From assembly GCA_021300495.1 (NCBI GenBank), contig JAJTDK010000001.1:13400-77399 (forward strand): 64,000 nucleotides of DNA, given 5' to 3'. Position 1 is the first letter of the stretch; each line of letters opens with the position of its first letter. The notes beneath the pieces are model-generated. The model was not told the DNA's origin. It saw only the letters and a program-made list of their open reading frames with translations, and did not search any database. Both the position numbers and the translations under genes were made by a program. Of the stretch, positions 51,017 through 60,686 are shown piece by piece. This DNA comes from Limnohabitans sp. GTDB lineage: Bacteria > Pseudomonadota > Gammaproteobacteria > Burkholderiales > Burkholderiaceae_C.

Positions 51017-51817
51017 ATGTTGATTCACCCTCAAATTGACCCCGTTGCATTGCAACTCGGACCTATCGCAGTTCACTGGTACGGTTTGACCTATTTGGCC
51101 GCATTTGGGCTTTTTTACTTTCTGGCCACCCAAAGACTCAAGCACCTCCCATACGCGCGACTAAGTCACTGGCAGGTCAGGGACGTAGAAGACATTTTGT
51201 TTGCTGGCGTCCTGGGCGTGGTTTTAGGTGGCCGCATTGGCTATTGTTTGTTTTACCAGCCCGCTTATTACATGGCCCATCCCCTAGAAATAGCCTATGT
51301 GTGGCAGGGGGGAATGAGTTTTCATGGCGGCTTGCTGGGGGTGATGGCATCGATGGTTTGGTTTGCCAAAACCCGCCACCGACCCTTTTTCCAAGTCATG
51401 GATTTTGTGGCGCCTTGCGTGCCGACAGGCTTGGCCGCGGGCCGAATTGGTAACTTCATCAATGGCGAGCTTTGGGGACGCCAAGCCGATCCAGAGTTGC
51501 CTTGGGGCATGATTTTCAGAGGAGCCGGAGATTTTCCGCGTCACCCCTCTCAGCTTTACCAGTTTTTGTTAGAAGGCCTGCTGCTTTTTGCTGTACTTTG
51601 GTTTTTTGCCCGCAAAGACCGCCCCATCGGCCAAGTGTCTGCGGTGTTCTTAATAGGCTATGGTTTTTTTAGGTTTGTAGCTGAATTCTTTCGCGAACCC
51701 GATGCACATTTGGGGCTGTTGTCCTTCGGGCTTAGCATGGGGCAGTGGTTGTGCGTGCCCATGATTTTGGCTGGCATATTTTTGTATTTTGCGGTCAACA
51801 AGCCGAGCAAGCTTTGA
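51017..51817 (+). CDS. lgt: Prolipoprotein diacylglyceryl transferase
   Basis: [27 protein letters not shown] and HPSQLY motifs. Confidence 0.95.
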   Translation: MLIHPQIDPVALQLGPIAVHWYGLTYLAAFGLFYFLATQRLKHLPYARLSHWQVRDVEDILFAGVLGVVLGGRIGYCLFYQPAYYMAHPLEIAYVWQGGMSFHGGLLGVMASMVWFAKTRHRPFFQVMDFVAPCVPTGLAAGRIGNFINGELWGRQADPELPWGMIFRGAGDFPRHPSQLYQFLLEGLLLFAVLWFFARKDRPIGQVSAVFLIGYGFFRFVAEFFREPDAHLGLLSFGLSMGQWLCVPMILAGIFLYFAVNKPSKL

Positions 51818-51881
51818 CGGCACTTAGCATCTATAAAATGAGACAGTGATTCAATCAACAAGTTAATCAAAGGAGACAAAA

Positions 51882-52877
51882 ATGCAAAATTCTGAAACTC
51901 AAATTCACCGCAGAAACCTCTTGCAATGGGCGGCGGGCACTTCACTGGCGGCCACTTTGCCTGCTTGGGCTCAAGCCACATGGCCTTCAAAACCTGTCAA
52001 CCTCATTGTTCCCTTCCCTGCGGGAGGCGGCACAGATGCGTTTGCGCGCCCTTTATCGGCCATTTTTTCAAAGCTCACAGGCAAGCAACTGATCATTGAC
52101 AACCGGGGCGGTGCTGGCGGTACAGTGGGCGCAGCCATCGCTGCCAAGGCTGCGCCAGATGGCTATAACTTTTTCATGGGAGCTGTTCATCACACCATTG
52201 CGCCTAGCATGTACCCCAAACTGGATTACGATTTAGAGCGTGACTTGGCGCCCATTATTTTGGTTGCGGCGGTGCCACAAGTTTTGGTGGTCAATCCCAA
52301 AAAAGTAACAGCCAACAACCTTAAAGAGTTCTTAGATTTTGTCAAAAAGAACCCTGGTAAGTTAAATTATGGTTCAGCGGGCGGTGGCACTTCGCACCAC
52401 CTGGCGGGTGAGTTGTTCAAGCTTCAAACTCAGACCTTCATTACCCACATTCCTTACCGAGGTGCAGGCCCTGCATTGCAAGACTTGATCGCTGGCAATG
52501 TGGACATGATGTTTGATGGACTGGGTTCTTCAGCAGCACACATTAAGGGCGGACGTATCAAGGCGCTCATGGTGTCTGGCGCTAAGCGCAGCCCTGCTTT
52601 CCCAGATGTGCCTTGCTCAACAGAATTGGGCTTGCCCGACTACACCGTGAGCACTTGGTATGGCATGTGGGCGCCCAAAGCCACGCCTGCTGATGTTCAA
52701 GCGCGCATGGTAGAGGAGGCGCGCAAAGCCATACAAACAGATGAAGCCAAAGCGATTTGGGCGGCGCAAGGTGCAGAATTTCCGAATTTGACGGGTACGC
52801 AATTTGATGCCTTCATTAAAACTGAATTGCGTAAATGGAGCCAGGTGGTGAAAGCCTCTGGCGCAAAGTTGGACTGA
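51882..52877 (+). CDS. Bug/TctC-family solute-binding protein with Tat-like signal
   Basis: RRNLL signal; PFPAGGGTD, DNRGGAGG and HIPYRG motifs. Confidence 0.88.
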   Translation: MQNSETQIHRRNLLQWAAGTSLAATLPAWAQATWPSKPVNLIVPFPAGGGTDAFARPLSAIFSKLTGKQLIIDNRGGAGGTVGAAIAAKAAPDGYNFFMGAVHHTIAPSMYPKLDYDLERDLAPIILVAAVPQVLVVNPKKVTANNLKEFLDFVKKNPGKLNYGSAGGGTSHHLAGELFKLQTQTFITHIPYRGAGPALQDLIAGNVDMMFDGLGSSAAHIKGGRIKALMVSGAKRSPAFPDVPCSTELGLPDYTVSTWYGMWAPKATPADVQARMVEEARKAIQTDEAKAIWAAQGAEFPNLTGTQFDAFIKTELRKWSQVVKASGAKLD

Positions 52878-52879
52878 AG

Positions 52880-54424
52880 ATGGCACAAGAAAATTTGTTT
52901 GCAGCCTTGCGCGCTGCATTCCCCGCAAACTTAGATTTGATTGCGGTTGAAACAGACCATGGCTTGAATTACACATGGCGCGATTTAGATCGAGCCAGTG
53001 CCATGATGGCCAATCTGTTGACTGGCTTGAACTTGCCAAAGGGCAGTCGCATTGCGGTGCAGGTTGAGAAGTCGGTAGAGGCGGCCATACTCTATTTGGC
53101 AACACTTCGGGCGGGTTATGTTTTCCTGCCGCTCAATACCGCCTACCAAAGTTCTGAAATTGAATATTTCATTGGCAACGCCGAGCCAGCGGTGGTGGTG
53201 TGTTCAGGTGCCAATTTTGGATGGGTTAGCAAAATTGCATTCAAAGCAGGTACGCAGCATGTGTTCACTTTGAATGACGATCGAACAGGCACCTTGCTTG
53301 AGCGCGCTGCGCATCAAAAAGATCAGCACAAGGTGGTGCTTCAAAATGCCGACGACTTGGCTGCTATTTTGTACACCAGCGGCACCACGGGCAGAAGCAA
53401 AGGCGCCATGTTGACGCATGGCAACATGCTCAGCAACGCGCAAACTTTGAAAACCTATTGGGGTTGGAAAAAAGGCGATGTGCTGATCCATGCCTTGCCG
53501 ATCTTCCATGTTCACGGTTTGTTTGTGGCCCTACACGGCGCACTCATCAATGGCAGCAAAATGATTTGGCTGGCCAAATTTGACCCCAAATTTGTCATTG
53601 CCAAAATGCCCGAGGCCACCGTTTTCATGGGCGTGCCCACCTTGTATGTGCGCATGTTGGCCGAGCCTGCCTTGAACAAGCAAGCTGTGCGCAACATGCG
53701 TTTGTTCATTGCAGGATCTGCCCCTTTGCTGGTTGAGACTTTTGCTGAATGGCAGCAGCGCACGGGTCATACCATTTTGGAGCGCTATGGCATGAGTGAA
53801 ACAGTCATGCTCACATCCAACCCTTATGCGGCTGACAAGCGACATGCTGGTCAAAGTGAACGTCGTGGTGGTACCGTGGGTTTTCCTTTGCCAGGCGTCA
53901 AGTTGCGTGTACAAGGCGACGATGGCAAGAACTTGCCTGTGGGCGAGATTGGCAACATTCAGGTCAAAGGCCCAAATGTTTTCCAAGCTTACTGGCGCAT
54001 GCCCGAGAAAACAAAAGAAGAATTTACGGCCGATGGTTATTTCAAAACTGGCGACGTGGGCAAGTTCGATGAGCGCGGCTACGTGGTCATTGTGGGTCGC
54101 AGCAAAGACTTGATCATCAGTGGTGGCTACAACGTCTACCCGGCTGAAATTGAGGGATACATCAACGAGATGCCAGGCGTGGCAGAAAGTGCCTTGGTAG
54201 GCGTGCCTCATCCAGATTTTGGTGAAGTGGGTGTGGCCATTGTGATTGCAAAGCCTGGCGCTCAACTGAATGCTGAGCACATCATTGCAACTTTGAAATC
54301 GGAATTGGCCAATTTCAAAATACCCAAAAAGTGTTTCGTGGTGCCTGAGCTGCCACGAAACACCATGGGCAAGGTGCAGAAAAATTTACTGCGCGATCAG
54401 CACAAAAATTTGTTCTTAGCGTAG
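52880..54424 (+). CDS. matB: Malonyl-CoA synthetase (MatB-like)
   Basis: YTSGTTGRSKG, HALPIFHVHGLF, ILERYGMSE and PRNTMGKVQK motifs. Confidence 0.8.
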   Translation: MAQENLFAALRAAFPANLDLIAVETDHGLNYTWRDLDRASAMMANLLTGLNLPKGSRIAVQVEKSVEAAILYLATLRAGYVFLPLNTAYQSSEIEYFIGNAEPAVVVCSGANFGWVSKIAFKAGTQHVFTLNDDRTGTLLERAAHQKDQHKVVLQNADDLAAILYTSGTTGRSKGAMLTHGNMLSNAQTLKTYWGWKKGDVLIHALPIFHVHGLFVALHGALINGSKMIWLAKFDPKFVIAKMPEATVFMGVPTLYVRMLAEPALNKQAVRNMRLFIAGSAPLLVETFAEWQQRTGHTILERYGMSETVMLTSNPYAADKRHAGQSERRGGTVGFPLPGVKLRVQGDDGKNLPVGEIGNIQVKGPNVFQAYWRMPEKTKEEFTADGYFKTGDVGKFDERGYVVIVGRSKDLIISGGYNVYPAEIEGYINEMPGVAESALVGVPHPDFGEVGVAIVIAKPGAQLNAEHIIATLKSELANFKIPKKCFVVPELPRNTMGKVQKNLLRDQHKNLFLA

Positions 54425-54859
54425 AACCAAAACGGGCACGTGGCAGTGGGTGAGTACTTGTTGCGTTTCGCTGCCTAAGAGCAAGCGTTTAATGCCTTTG
54501 CGACCATGCGAGGCCATGACCACCAAATCGGCTTTGTGCTTTTTGGCTGATGCAATGATGGCGTCTGAAACGATGTCGGAACGGCTGACCACAGCTTTGG
54601 CTTTGACACCCTTGGCTGCTGCTGCTTTTTGAACGGCATCAACTGCCGCTTGTGCCTCTTCCGCCCATTGGGCTTCAATGCGCGCAACATCTTTGACGTT
54701 CAGTGGAATGCTGCCCTCAAAGTAGGCTTGGGGATAACGCGGAACCACTTTCAGTGCAATGAGCTCGGCGCCACATGTGGCTGCAAGTGCGATCGCGCTG
54801 GTAACTGCTTTCTTTGATAACGAAGAACCGTCTGTGGCGACAAGAATACGTTCATACAT
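54416..54859 (-). CDS. Universal stress protein
   Basis: ILVATDGS and MASHGRKG..LLGSET motifs. Confidence 0.9.
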   Translation of the reverse strand: MYERILVATDGSSLSKKAVTSAIALAATCGAELIALKVVPRYPQAYFEGSIPLNVKDVARIEAQWAEEAQAAVDAVQKAAAAKGVKAKAVVSRSDIVSDAIIASAKKHKADLVVMASHGRKGIKRLLLGSETQQVLTHCHVPVLVLR

Positions 54860-54915
54860 GATGAGCTCCTTTGTGAATTGATGTTGCAAGCTTAAGTCTC
54901 CCAAATCTGTGCGTC

Positions 54916-54929
54916 TTGATTTGGATCAA
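54916..54929. promoter_or_regulatory. FNR box
   Basis: TTGATTTGGATCAA matches TTGAT-N4-ATCAA exactly. Confidence 0.85.
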
Positions 54930-54963
54930 GTTTGATGCAAGCTTGTTGGTTTATCTTCTGCCC

Positions 54964-57273
54964 ATGTCCAATCCAGCAATCTCTTTCGATGCGAAGGCTT
55001 TCGCCACGCCATGGGCTTTGCTAGATCACGAGCAAGAGTGGTCTGATTTCAGTCAATCGAGTCTGCAAAATCAAAACCTTTGGACTTCCAGTGTGGTGTT
55101 CGAGGGCATGTACTGCACAGCTTGCGCTATCAACATCGAAGATGCTTTGCTGGCTGTGCCTGGTGTGGTGTCGGCGCAAATCAGTGCGGCCAGTCACAGG
55201 GGGCGGGTTGTATGGTCGTCCGACACCACCAAGCCATCTCAATGGATGCAGGCAGTGGCTCAAATAGGCTACCGCACTGTGCCTGCCAACGATGCCTTGG
55301 CCAATGAAGCTAGGCGTGAAGATGCCCGCCAGATGCTTTGGCGCTTGGGCGTGGCTGGGCTTTGCATGATGCAGGTCATGATGTATGCCACGCCTGTTTA
55401 CCTGAGCGATCCCGCCGACATGGCGCCTGACATGGTGCAACTTTTAAGGTGGGCCTCATGGGTTTTGTCGCTGCCTGTTTTGTTTTTTTCGTGCCTGCCT
55501 TTTTTTAAAACAGCTTGGCGTGATTTGATGCAAAAAAAGATCAGCATGGATTTGCCAGTGGCGATTGGCATGTTGGTGACGTTTGGGGTGAGCACCATCG
55601 GCACGTTTGAACCCCAAGGCGCGTTCGGATCTGAGGTCTACTTTGATTCGTTCACCATGTTTGTGTTCTTCCTGCTCACTGGCAGATGGCTAGAGCTGCG
55701 ACTGCGCGATCAAACAGCAGGTGCTTTGGAAGCGGTCATGAACCGTTTGCCCGATGTTGTTCACAGACGCACAAGTAACGGTCAATTTGAAATAACCACT
55801 TTGCGTCAATTGCGCGTTCAAGACGTCATTCAAGTGCGAGCAGGCGAGGCCTTCGCTGCAGATGCTCGTATTGTCAAAGGTGAAACGCAAGTAGACGAGG
55901 CGCTGTTAACAGGCGAGTCAAAGCCATTGCCTAGGCGGATTGGGCAGTGCGTCTTGGCGGGAAGTTTGAACCTGACAGCCAGCGTCGAAGTTCTGGTTGA
56001 ATATTTAGGCAAGCAAACCCGTTTTGGTCAGATGGTGGCCTTGATGGAAAGTGCTTCGGTGTCCAAACCCAGCATGGCTTTGATCGCCGATAAAGTTGCC
56101 AAACCATTTTTGTGGGGCGTGCTTTTGGCGGCAGGCTTGGCGGCCCTGTGGGGCTGGCAGCAAAGCCCGGCACATGCCCTGATGGTGGCAGTTTCTGTGC
56201 TCATCGTAACCTGTCCTTGTGCATTGTCCTTGGCCACACCAGCGGCCATGTTGGCCACTGCGGGTGCATTGGCCAAGGGCGGCGTGTTGCTCAGACGCTT
56301 GCAAGCCTTGCAAATGTTGGCCAAGGTCGATACGGTCATTTTTGACAAGACCGGCACATTGACCGAAGAAAATTTCAGTGTCCAACGCATCACCACCCGA
56401 GAGGGGGTACGACCTGAACAGGCCTTAACTTGGGCCGCTGGTTTGGCTGCGCATTCATTGCATCCTGTGTCCAGGTCTTTAATTCGAGCGCATGTGAAGG
56501 GGCAAGACCCACAGCCCTTGGTGACAAACATTCAAGAATTTGCTGGGCAGGGCGTGCAAGCCAGCTTGCATGAACTCGACGCCAAGTCTGGCGTAACACG
56601 TCACAAAGAATTGCGCTTAGGCTCTGCAGATTTTTGTGGATTGCCGTCCACCCAACAGGAAGTTCTGCAGGCTTGTTTGAGCGACGAAGACGGCTGGCTG
56701 GCCACCTTCGAGTTTTCAGAGACATTGCGATCTGAGGCGGAGCCCACACTTCGTGCGCTTGAAAAAATGAGCTTGCGCATCCGTATTTTGTCGGGTGACG
56801 GTCAAGCTTCTGTGACGCAAGTGGCCCAGCGTTTGGCCATTAAAAATGCAAAAGGTCATTGCTCACCTGAAGAAAAACTTCAGCAGGTCAAGCTTGAGCA
56901 ATCACTGGGGCATTGCGTGGCCATGGTGGGTGATGGTTTGAATGACGGACCTGTTTTGGCGGGGGCAGATGTTTCTTTCGCTTTGGGTCAAGCTCTGCCC
57001 TTGGCACAGTCCAAAGCTGATTTTGTTTTCATGGCCAGCGACTTGAGGCCATTGGTGGCCACCTTTCAAATCAGCAGAAAAACCATGCAGATTGTGAAGC
57101 AGAACCTGATTTGGGCAGGGGTTTATAACTTTGCATGTGTGCCCTTGGCCATGTTGGGCTACTTGCCTGCTTGGTTGGCAGGATTGGGCATGGCTTGCAG
57201 TTCTTTGGGCGTCGTTTTAAACGCCATGCGACTGTCCAAAACCATTGGTTTTGAATTGGAAGGAAACACTTAA
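54964..57273 (+). CDS. ccoI: Cu-type P1B ATPase CcoI/FixI
   Basis: GMYCTAC, TGES, CPC, DKTGT and GDGLND motifs; cbb3 context. Confidence 0.88.
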   Translation: MSNPAISFDAKAFATPWALLDHEQEWSDFSQSSLQNQNLWTSSVVFEGMYCTACAINIEDALLAVPGVVSAQISAASHRGRVVWSSDTTKPSQWMQAVAQIGYRTVPANDALANEARREDARQMLWRLGVAGLCMMQVMMYATPVYLSDPADMAPDMVQLLRWASWVLSLPVLFFSCLPFFKTAWRDLMQKKISMDLPVAIGMLVTFGVSTIGTFEPQGAFGSEVYFDSFTMFVFFLLTGRWLELRLRDQTAGALEAVMNRLPDVVHRRTSNGQFEITTLRQLRVQDVIQVRAGEAFAADARIVKGETQVDEALLTGESKPLPRRIGQCVLAGSLNLTASVEVLVEYLGKQTRFGQMVALMESASVSKPSMALIADKVAKPFLWGVLLAAGLAALWGWQQSPAHALMVAVSVLIVTCPCALSLATPAAMLATAGALAKGGVLLRRLQALQMLAKVDTVIFDKTGTLTEENFSVQRITTREGVRPEQALTWAAGLAAHSLHPVSRSLIRAHVKGQDPQPLVTNIQEFAGQGVQASLHELDAKSGVTRHKELRLGSADFCGLPSTQQEVLQACLSDEDGWLATFEFSETLRSEAEPTLRALEKMSLRIRILSGDGQASVTQVAQRLAIKNAKGHCSPEEKLQQVKLEQSLGHCVAMVGDGLNDGPVLAGADVSFALGQALPLAQSKADFVFMASDLRPLVATFQISRKTMQIVKQNLIWAGVYNFACVPLAMLGYLPAWLAGLGMACSSLGVVLNAMRLSKTIGFELEGNT

Positions 57274-57410
57274 TGGACATTCTTTATTTATTGATTCCTT
57301 TGTCAGTTGCCTTGGTTTTTTTCATTCTGGCCGGCCTGTGGTGGGCCGTGAACCGCGGGCAATTTGAAGACATTGAAGCAGAAGGCGAGCGAATTCTCAG
57401 GAATGATTGA
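57273..57410 (+). CDS. ccoS: cbb3 oxidase maturation protein CcoS (45 aa)
   Basis: MDILYLLIPLSVALVFFILAGLWWAVNRGQFEDIEAEGERILRND; absent from ORF track. Confidence 0.9.
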   Translation: MDILYLLIPLSVALVFFILAGLWWAVNRGQFEDIEAEGERILRND

Positions 57411-57420
57411 CTTAAGTCAA
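57407..57420. promoter_or_regulatory. FNR-like box upstream of ccoN
   Basis: TTGACTTAAGTCAA palindrome overlapping the ccoS stop. Confidence 0.7.
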
Positions 57421-57475
57421 AGACACTTTTTCCCTAGCTTGCGAAACTCACCTCGTAATTTTAGAAGAGGTGAAA

Positions 57476-58915
57476 ATGAAATTTGCCAATGCACAGGCAA
57501 CGGTCTACAACGATACGGTTGTCAGACAATTTGCCATCATGACAGTGGTGTGGGGCGTGGTGGGCATGCTGGTGGGCGTGATCATTGCTGCTCAATTAAC
57601 TTGGCCTGAGTTGAACTTAGGTATCCCGTGGCTCAGCTATGGCAGGTTGCGTCCCTTGCACACCAACGCCGTGATTTTTGCGTTTGGTGGTTGCGGCTTG
57701 TTTGCCTCGGCTTACTACGTAGTTCAGCGAACCTGCCATGTACGCTTGTTCAACGACAAACTCGCCAGCTTCACGTTTTGGGGTTGGCAGTTGGTTATTT
57801 TGGCAGCTGCCATTTCTTTGCCAATGGGCTACACCAGCGGCAAAGAGTATGCCGAACTCGAGTGGCCCATTGACATCCTGATCACTTTGGTCTGGGTGTC
57901 TTTTGCGGTGGTGTTCTTTGGCACAGTGGGTACCCGCAAGGTGCGCCACATTTACGTGGCCAACTGGTTCTTCGGTGCTTTCATCATAGCTGTAGCCTTG
58001 CTGCACTTGGTCAACAGCGCTGCCATGCCTGTCGGTCTCATGAAGTCTTATTCTGCTTATGCTGGTGTGCAAGATGCCATGGTGCAATGGTGGTACGGCC
58101 ACAACGCGGTGGGCTTCTTCTTAACAGCAGGCTTCTTAGGCATGATGTATTACTTCATCCCCAAACAAGCTGAGCGGCCTGTTTACAGCTACCGCTTGTC
58201 CATCGTTCACTTCTGGGCGCTCATCTTTACGTACATGTGGGCGGGCCCGCACCATTTGCACTACACCGCCTTGCCCGACTGGACTCAGTCACTCGGCATG
58301 GTGTTTTCACTTATTTTGCTGGCGCCTAGCTGGGGCGGCATGATCAATGGTGTCATGACTTTGTCTGGCGCATGGCATAAGTTGCGCGACGACCCCGTGC
58401 TGCGATTCCTCATTGTGTCTTTGTCCTTCTACGGTATGTCAACTTTCGAAGGCCCCATGATGTCCATCAAAACGGTCAATGCCTTGTCGCACTACACCGA
58501 CTGGACCGTTGGCCACGTGCACTCTGGCGCTTTGGGTTGGGTGGGCTTGGTCACCATGGGCACCATGTACTACCTTATTCCGCGTTTGTTTGGTCAGAAA
58601 AAGATGTACAGCGTGAAAGCCATTGAGGCGCATTTTTGGATTGCCACCATTGGCATTGTGATTTACATCGCAGCCATGTGGATTGCCGGCGTCATGCAAG
58701 GCTTGATGTGGCGCGCTGTCAATGCAGACGGTACCTTGACTTATACCTTTGTCGAGTCTGTGAAAGCCACGTACCCCTTCTATGTTGTGCGTTTTTCGGG
58801 TGGCCTGCTGTATTTGATCGGCATGTTGATCATGTTGTGGAACACCTTGAAAACAGCGACCAACGGGCATGCCGTCGAGGTGAGCATTCCAGCACCTGCG
58901 CTTGCGCACGCCTAA
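57476..58915 (+). CDS. ccoN: cbb3 cytochrome c oxidase subunit I
   Basis: [24 protein letters not shown] and GHVHSG motifs. Confidence 0.96.
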   Translation: MKFANAQATVYNDTVVRQFAIMTVVWGVVGMLVGVIIAAQLTWPELNLGIPWLSYGRLRPLHTNAVIFAFGGCGLFASAYYVVQRTCHVRLFNDKLASFTFWGWQLVILAAAISLPMGYTSGKEYAELEWPIDILITLVWVSFAVVFFGTVGTRKVRHIYVANWFFGAFIIAVALLHLVNSAAMPVGLMKSYSAYAGVQDAMVQWWYGHNAVGFFLTAGFLGMMYYFIPKQAERPVYSYRLSIVHFWALIFTYMWAGPHHLHYTALPDWTQSLGMVFSLILLAPSWGGMINGVMTLSGAWHKLRDDPVLRFLIVSLSFYGMSTFEGPMMSIKTVNALSHYTDWTVGHVHSGALGWVGLVTMGTMYYLIPRLFGQKKMYSVKAIEAHFWIATIGIVIYIAAMWIAGVMQGLMWRAVNADGTLTYTFVESVKATYPFYVVRFSGGLLYLIGMLIMLWNTLKTATNGHAVEVSIPAPALAHA

Positions 58916-58936
58916 GCACAATTGGAGAAACATTCA

Positions 58937-59566
58937 ATGTCAAACAATTTAAAAACGGGTGGCGGTTTGTCCCACGAAAAAATTGAAACCAACAACTTCC
59001 TCATGATCGTTTTGATCTTGCTGGTGTTATTGGCAGGGGGCATGGTTGAAATCGTGCCGTTGTTTTTTCAAAAATCAACCACCGAAGCCATTCCTGGCTT
59101 AAAGCCATACACCGCTTTACAAGTGGCGGGTCGCGACATTTATGTGCGTGAAGGTTGTTACAACTGCCACTCCCAAATGATCCGGCCTTTCCGTGCAGAA
59201 ACCATGCGCTACGGGCCTTACTCTGTGGCGGGCGAGTTTGTGTACGACCACCCCTTCCAATGGGGCAGCAAGCGCACGGGCCCCGATTTGGCGCGCGTTG
59301 GTGGCAAGTACTCTGACGATTGGCACCGCATTCACTTAATCAACCCACGCGACGTGGTGCCTGAATCCAATATGCCTGCCTATGCCTGGCTAGAAAAGGC
59401 GCCCGTAGATGGTGCCAGTTTGCCAACCCACATGAGTGGTCTTCGCACATTGGGCGCGCCCTACACCGACGAAGAAATTACCAAGGCCACTGAAGAAGTT
59501 CAAGGCAAAACAGAGTTGGATGCCGTGATTGCTTATCTGCAAGTCATGGGCATTCACCGCAAATAA
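58937..59566 (+). CDS. ccoO: cbb3 oxidase subunit II
   Basis: CYNCH heme motif; [10 protein letters not shown]. Confidence 0.95.
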   Translation: MSNNLKTGGGLSHEKIETNNFLMIVLILLVLLAGGMVEIVPLFFQKSTTEAIPGLKPYTALQVAGRDIYVREGCYNCHSQMIRPFRAETMRYGPYSVAGEFVYDHPFQWGSKRTGPDLARVGGKYSDDWHRIHLINPRDVVPESNMPAYAWLEKAPVDGASLPTHMSGLRTLGAPYTDEEITKATEEVQGKTELDAVIAYLQVMGIHRK

Positions 59567-59580
59567 ACGGAGCACACACC

Positions 59581-59721
59581 ATGGACGTCAATACCCTTCG
59601 ATCGGCCGTGACAGTGATCACTTTCATTCTGTTCATTGGCATCGTGGTGTGGAGCTTGTCTAAGCGTCGCACCGCTGAGTTTGAAGAGGCCGCTCAGTTG
59701 CCCTTCGGCCAAGACGACTGA
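59581..59721 (+). CDS. ccoQ: cbb3 oxidase subunit CcoQ (46 aa)
   Basis: MDVNTLRSAVTVITFILFIGIVVWSLSKRRTAEFEEAAQLPFGQDD between ccoO and ccoP. Confidence 0.88.
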   Translation: MDVNTLRSAVTVITFILFIGIVVWSLSKRRTAEFEEAAQLPFGQDD

Positions 59722-59756
59722 AGACCCCAGATCAACGAATAGAAAGAGAATCTGAA

Positions 59757-60677
59757 ATGAGTGACTTCACAAGCAATTTCTGGTCTTTGTATGTGGCCGG
59801 TATTTCTTTGGTCGGCATTGTGGCCTGCTTGCTGCTGCTTTACTTCAGCGGCAAAGCCAAAGCCATGACGGCCGACGACAACACCACCGGCCACGTTTGG
59901 GATGGCGATTTGTGTGAGATGAACAACCCCTTGCCACGTTGGTGGGTGGGTTTATTCTTGATCACCATCGTATTCTCATTGGGCTACTTGGCTTTGTACC
60001 CAGGCTTAGGCACCAACGCCGGTCAATTGGCTTGGACGTCGACGGGCCAATACGACGCAGAAGTGGCCAAGGCCAACAAAGAGTTGGAACCCTTGTATGC
60101 CAAATTTGCGGGCATGCCACCTGAAGACGTGGCCAAAGACCCTCAGGCCATGGCCATTGGAGATCGCTTGTTCATGAACAATTGCGCTCAGTGTCATGGC
60201 TCAGATGCTCGCGGCAGCAAAGGCTTTCCTAACCTGACTGACAAGGATTGGTTGCATGGTGGCTCACACGAGAAAATCCAAGAATCCTTGCTAAATGGCA
60301 GGAACGGCTTGATGCCGCCCATGGCGGCTGCAGTGGGCAGTCCTGAAGATGTTCGCAATTTAGCGCAATATGTTTTGAGTTTGTCCAAAAGCCCTCACGA
60401 CTCCTTAAAAGCGGCATTGGGTCAACCTAAATTTACGGCCTGTGCTGCATGTCATGGTGCAGACGGCAAAGGCAATCAAGCCTTGGGTGCACCCAACTTA
60501 ACGGATGACATTTGGCTGCATGGTTGGGGCGAAAAAGCCATTGTGGCCATGATCAACAATGGCAAAGCAAACCAGATGCCCGCACAAGCTGGCAAGCTCA
60601 CTGACCCTCAGCTGCATGTGTTGGCTTCCTATGTTTGGGGCTTGTCAAACAACCCTGCCAAAGTAGCGGCAAAATAA
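59757..60677 (+). CDS. ccoP: cbb3 oxidase subunit III
   Basis: TGHVWDG and NPLPRWW; CAQCH and CAACH hemes. Confidence 0.95.
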   Translation: MSDFTSNFWSLYVAGISLVGIVACLLLLYFSGKAKAMTADDNTTGHVWDGDLCEMNNPLPRWWVGLFLITIVFSLGYLALYPGLGTNAGQLAWTSTGQYDAEVAKANKELEPLYAKFAGMPPEDVAKDPQAMAIGDRLFMNNCAQCHGSDARGSKGFPNLTDKDWLHGGSHEKIQESLLNGRNGLMPPMAAAVGSPEDVRNLAQYVLSLSKSPHDSLKAALGQPKFTACAACHGADGKGNQALGAPNLTDDIWLHGWGEKAIVAMINNGKANQMPAQAGKLTDPQLHVLASYVWGLSNNPAKVAAK

Positions 60678-60686
60678 ATTGAGAGA

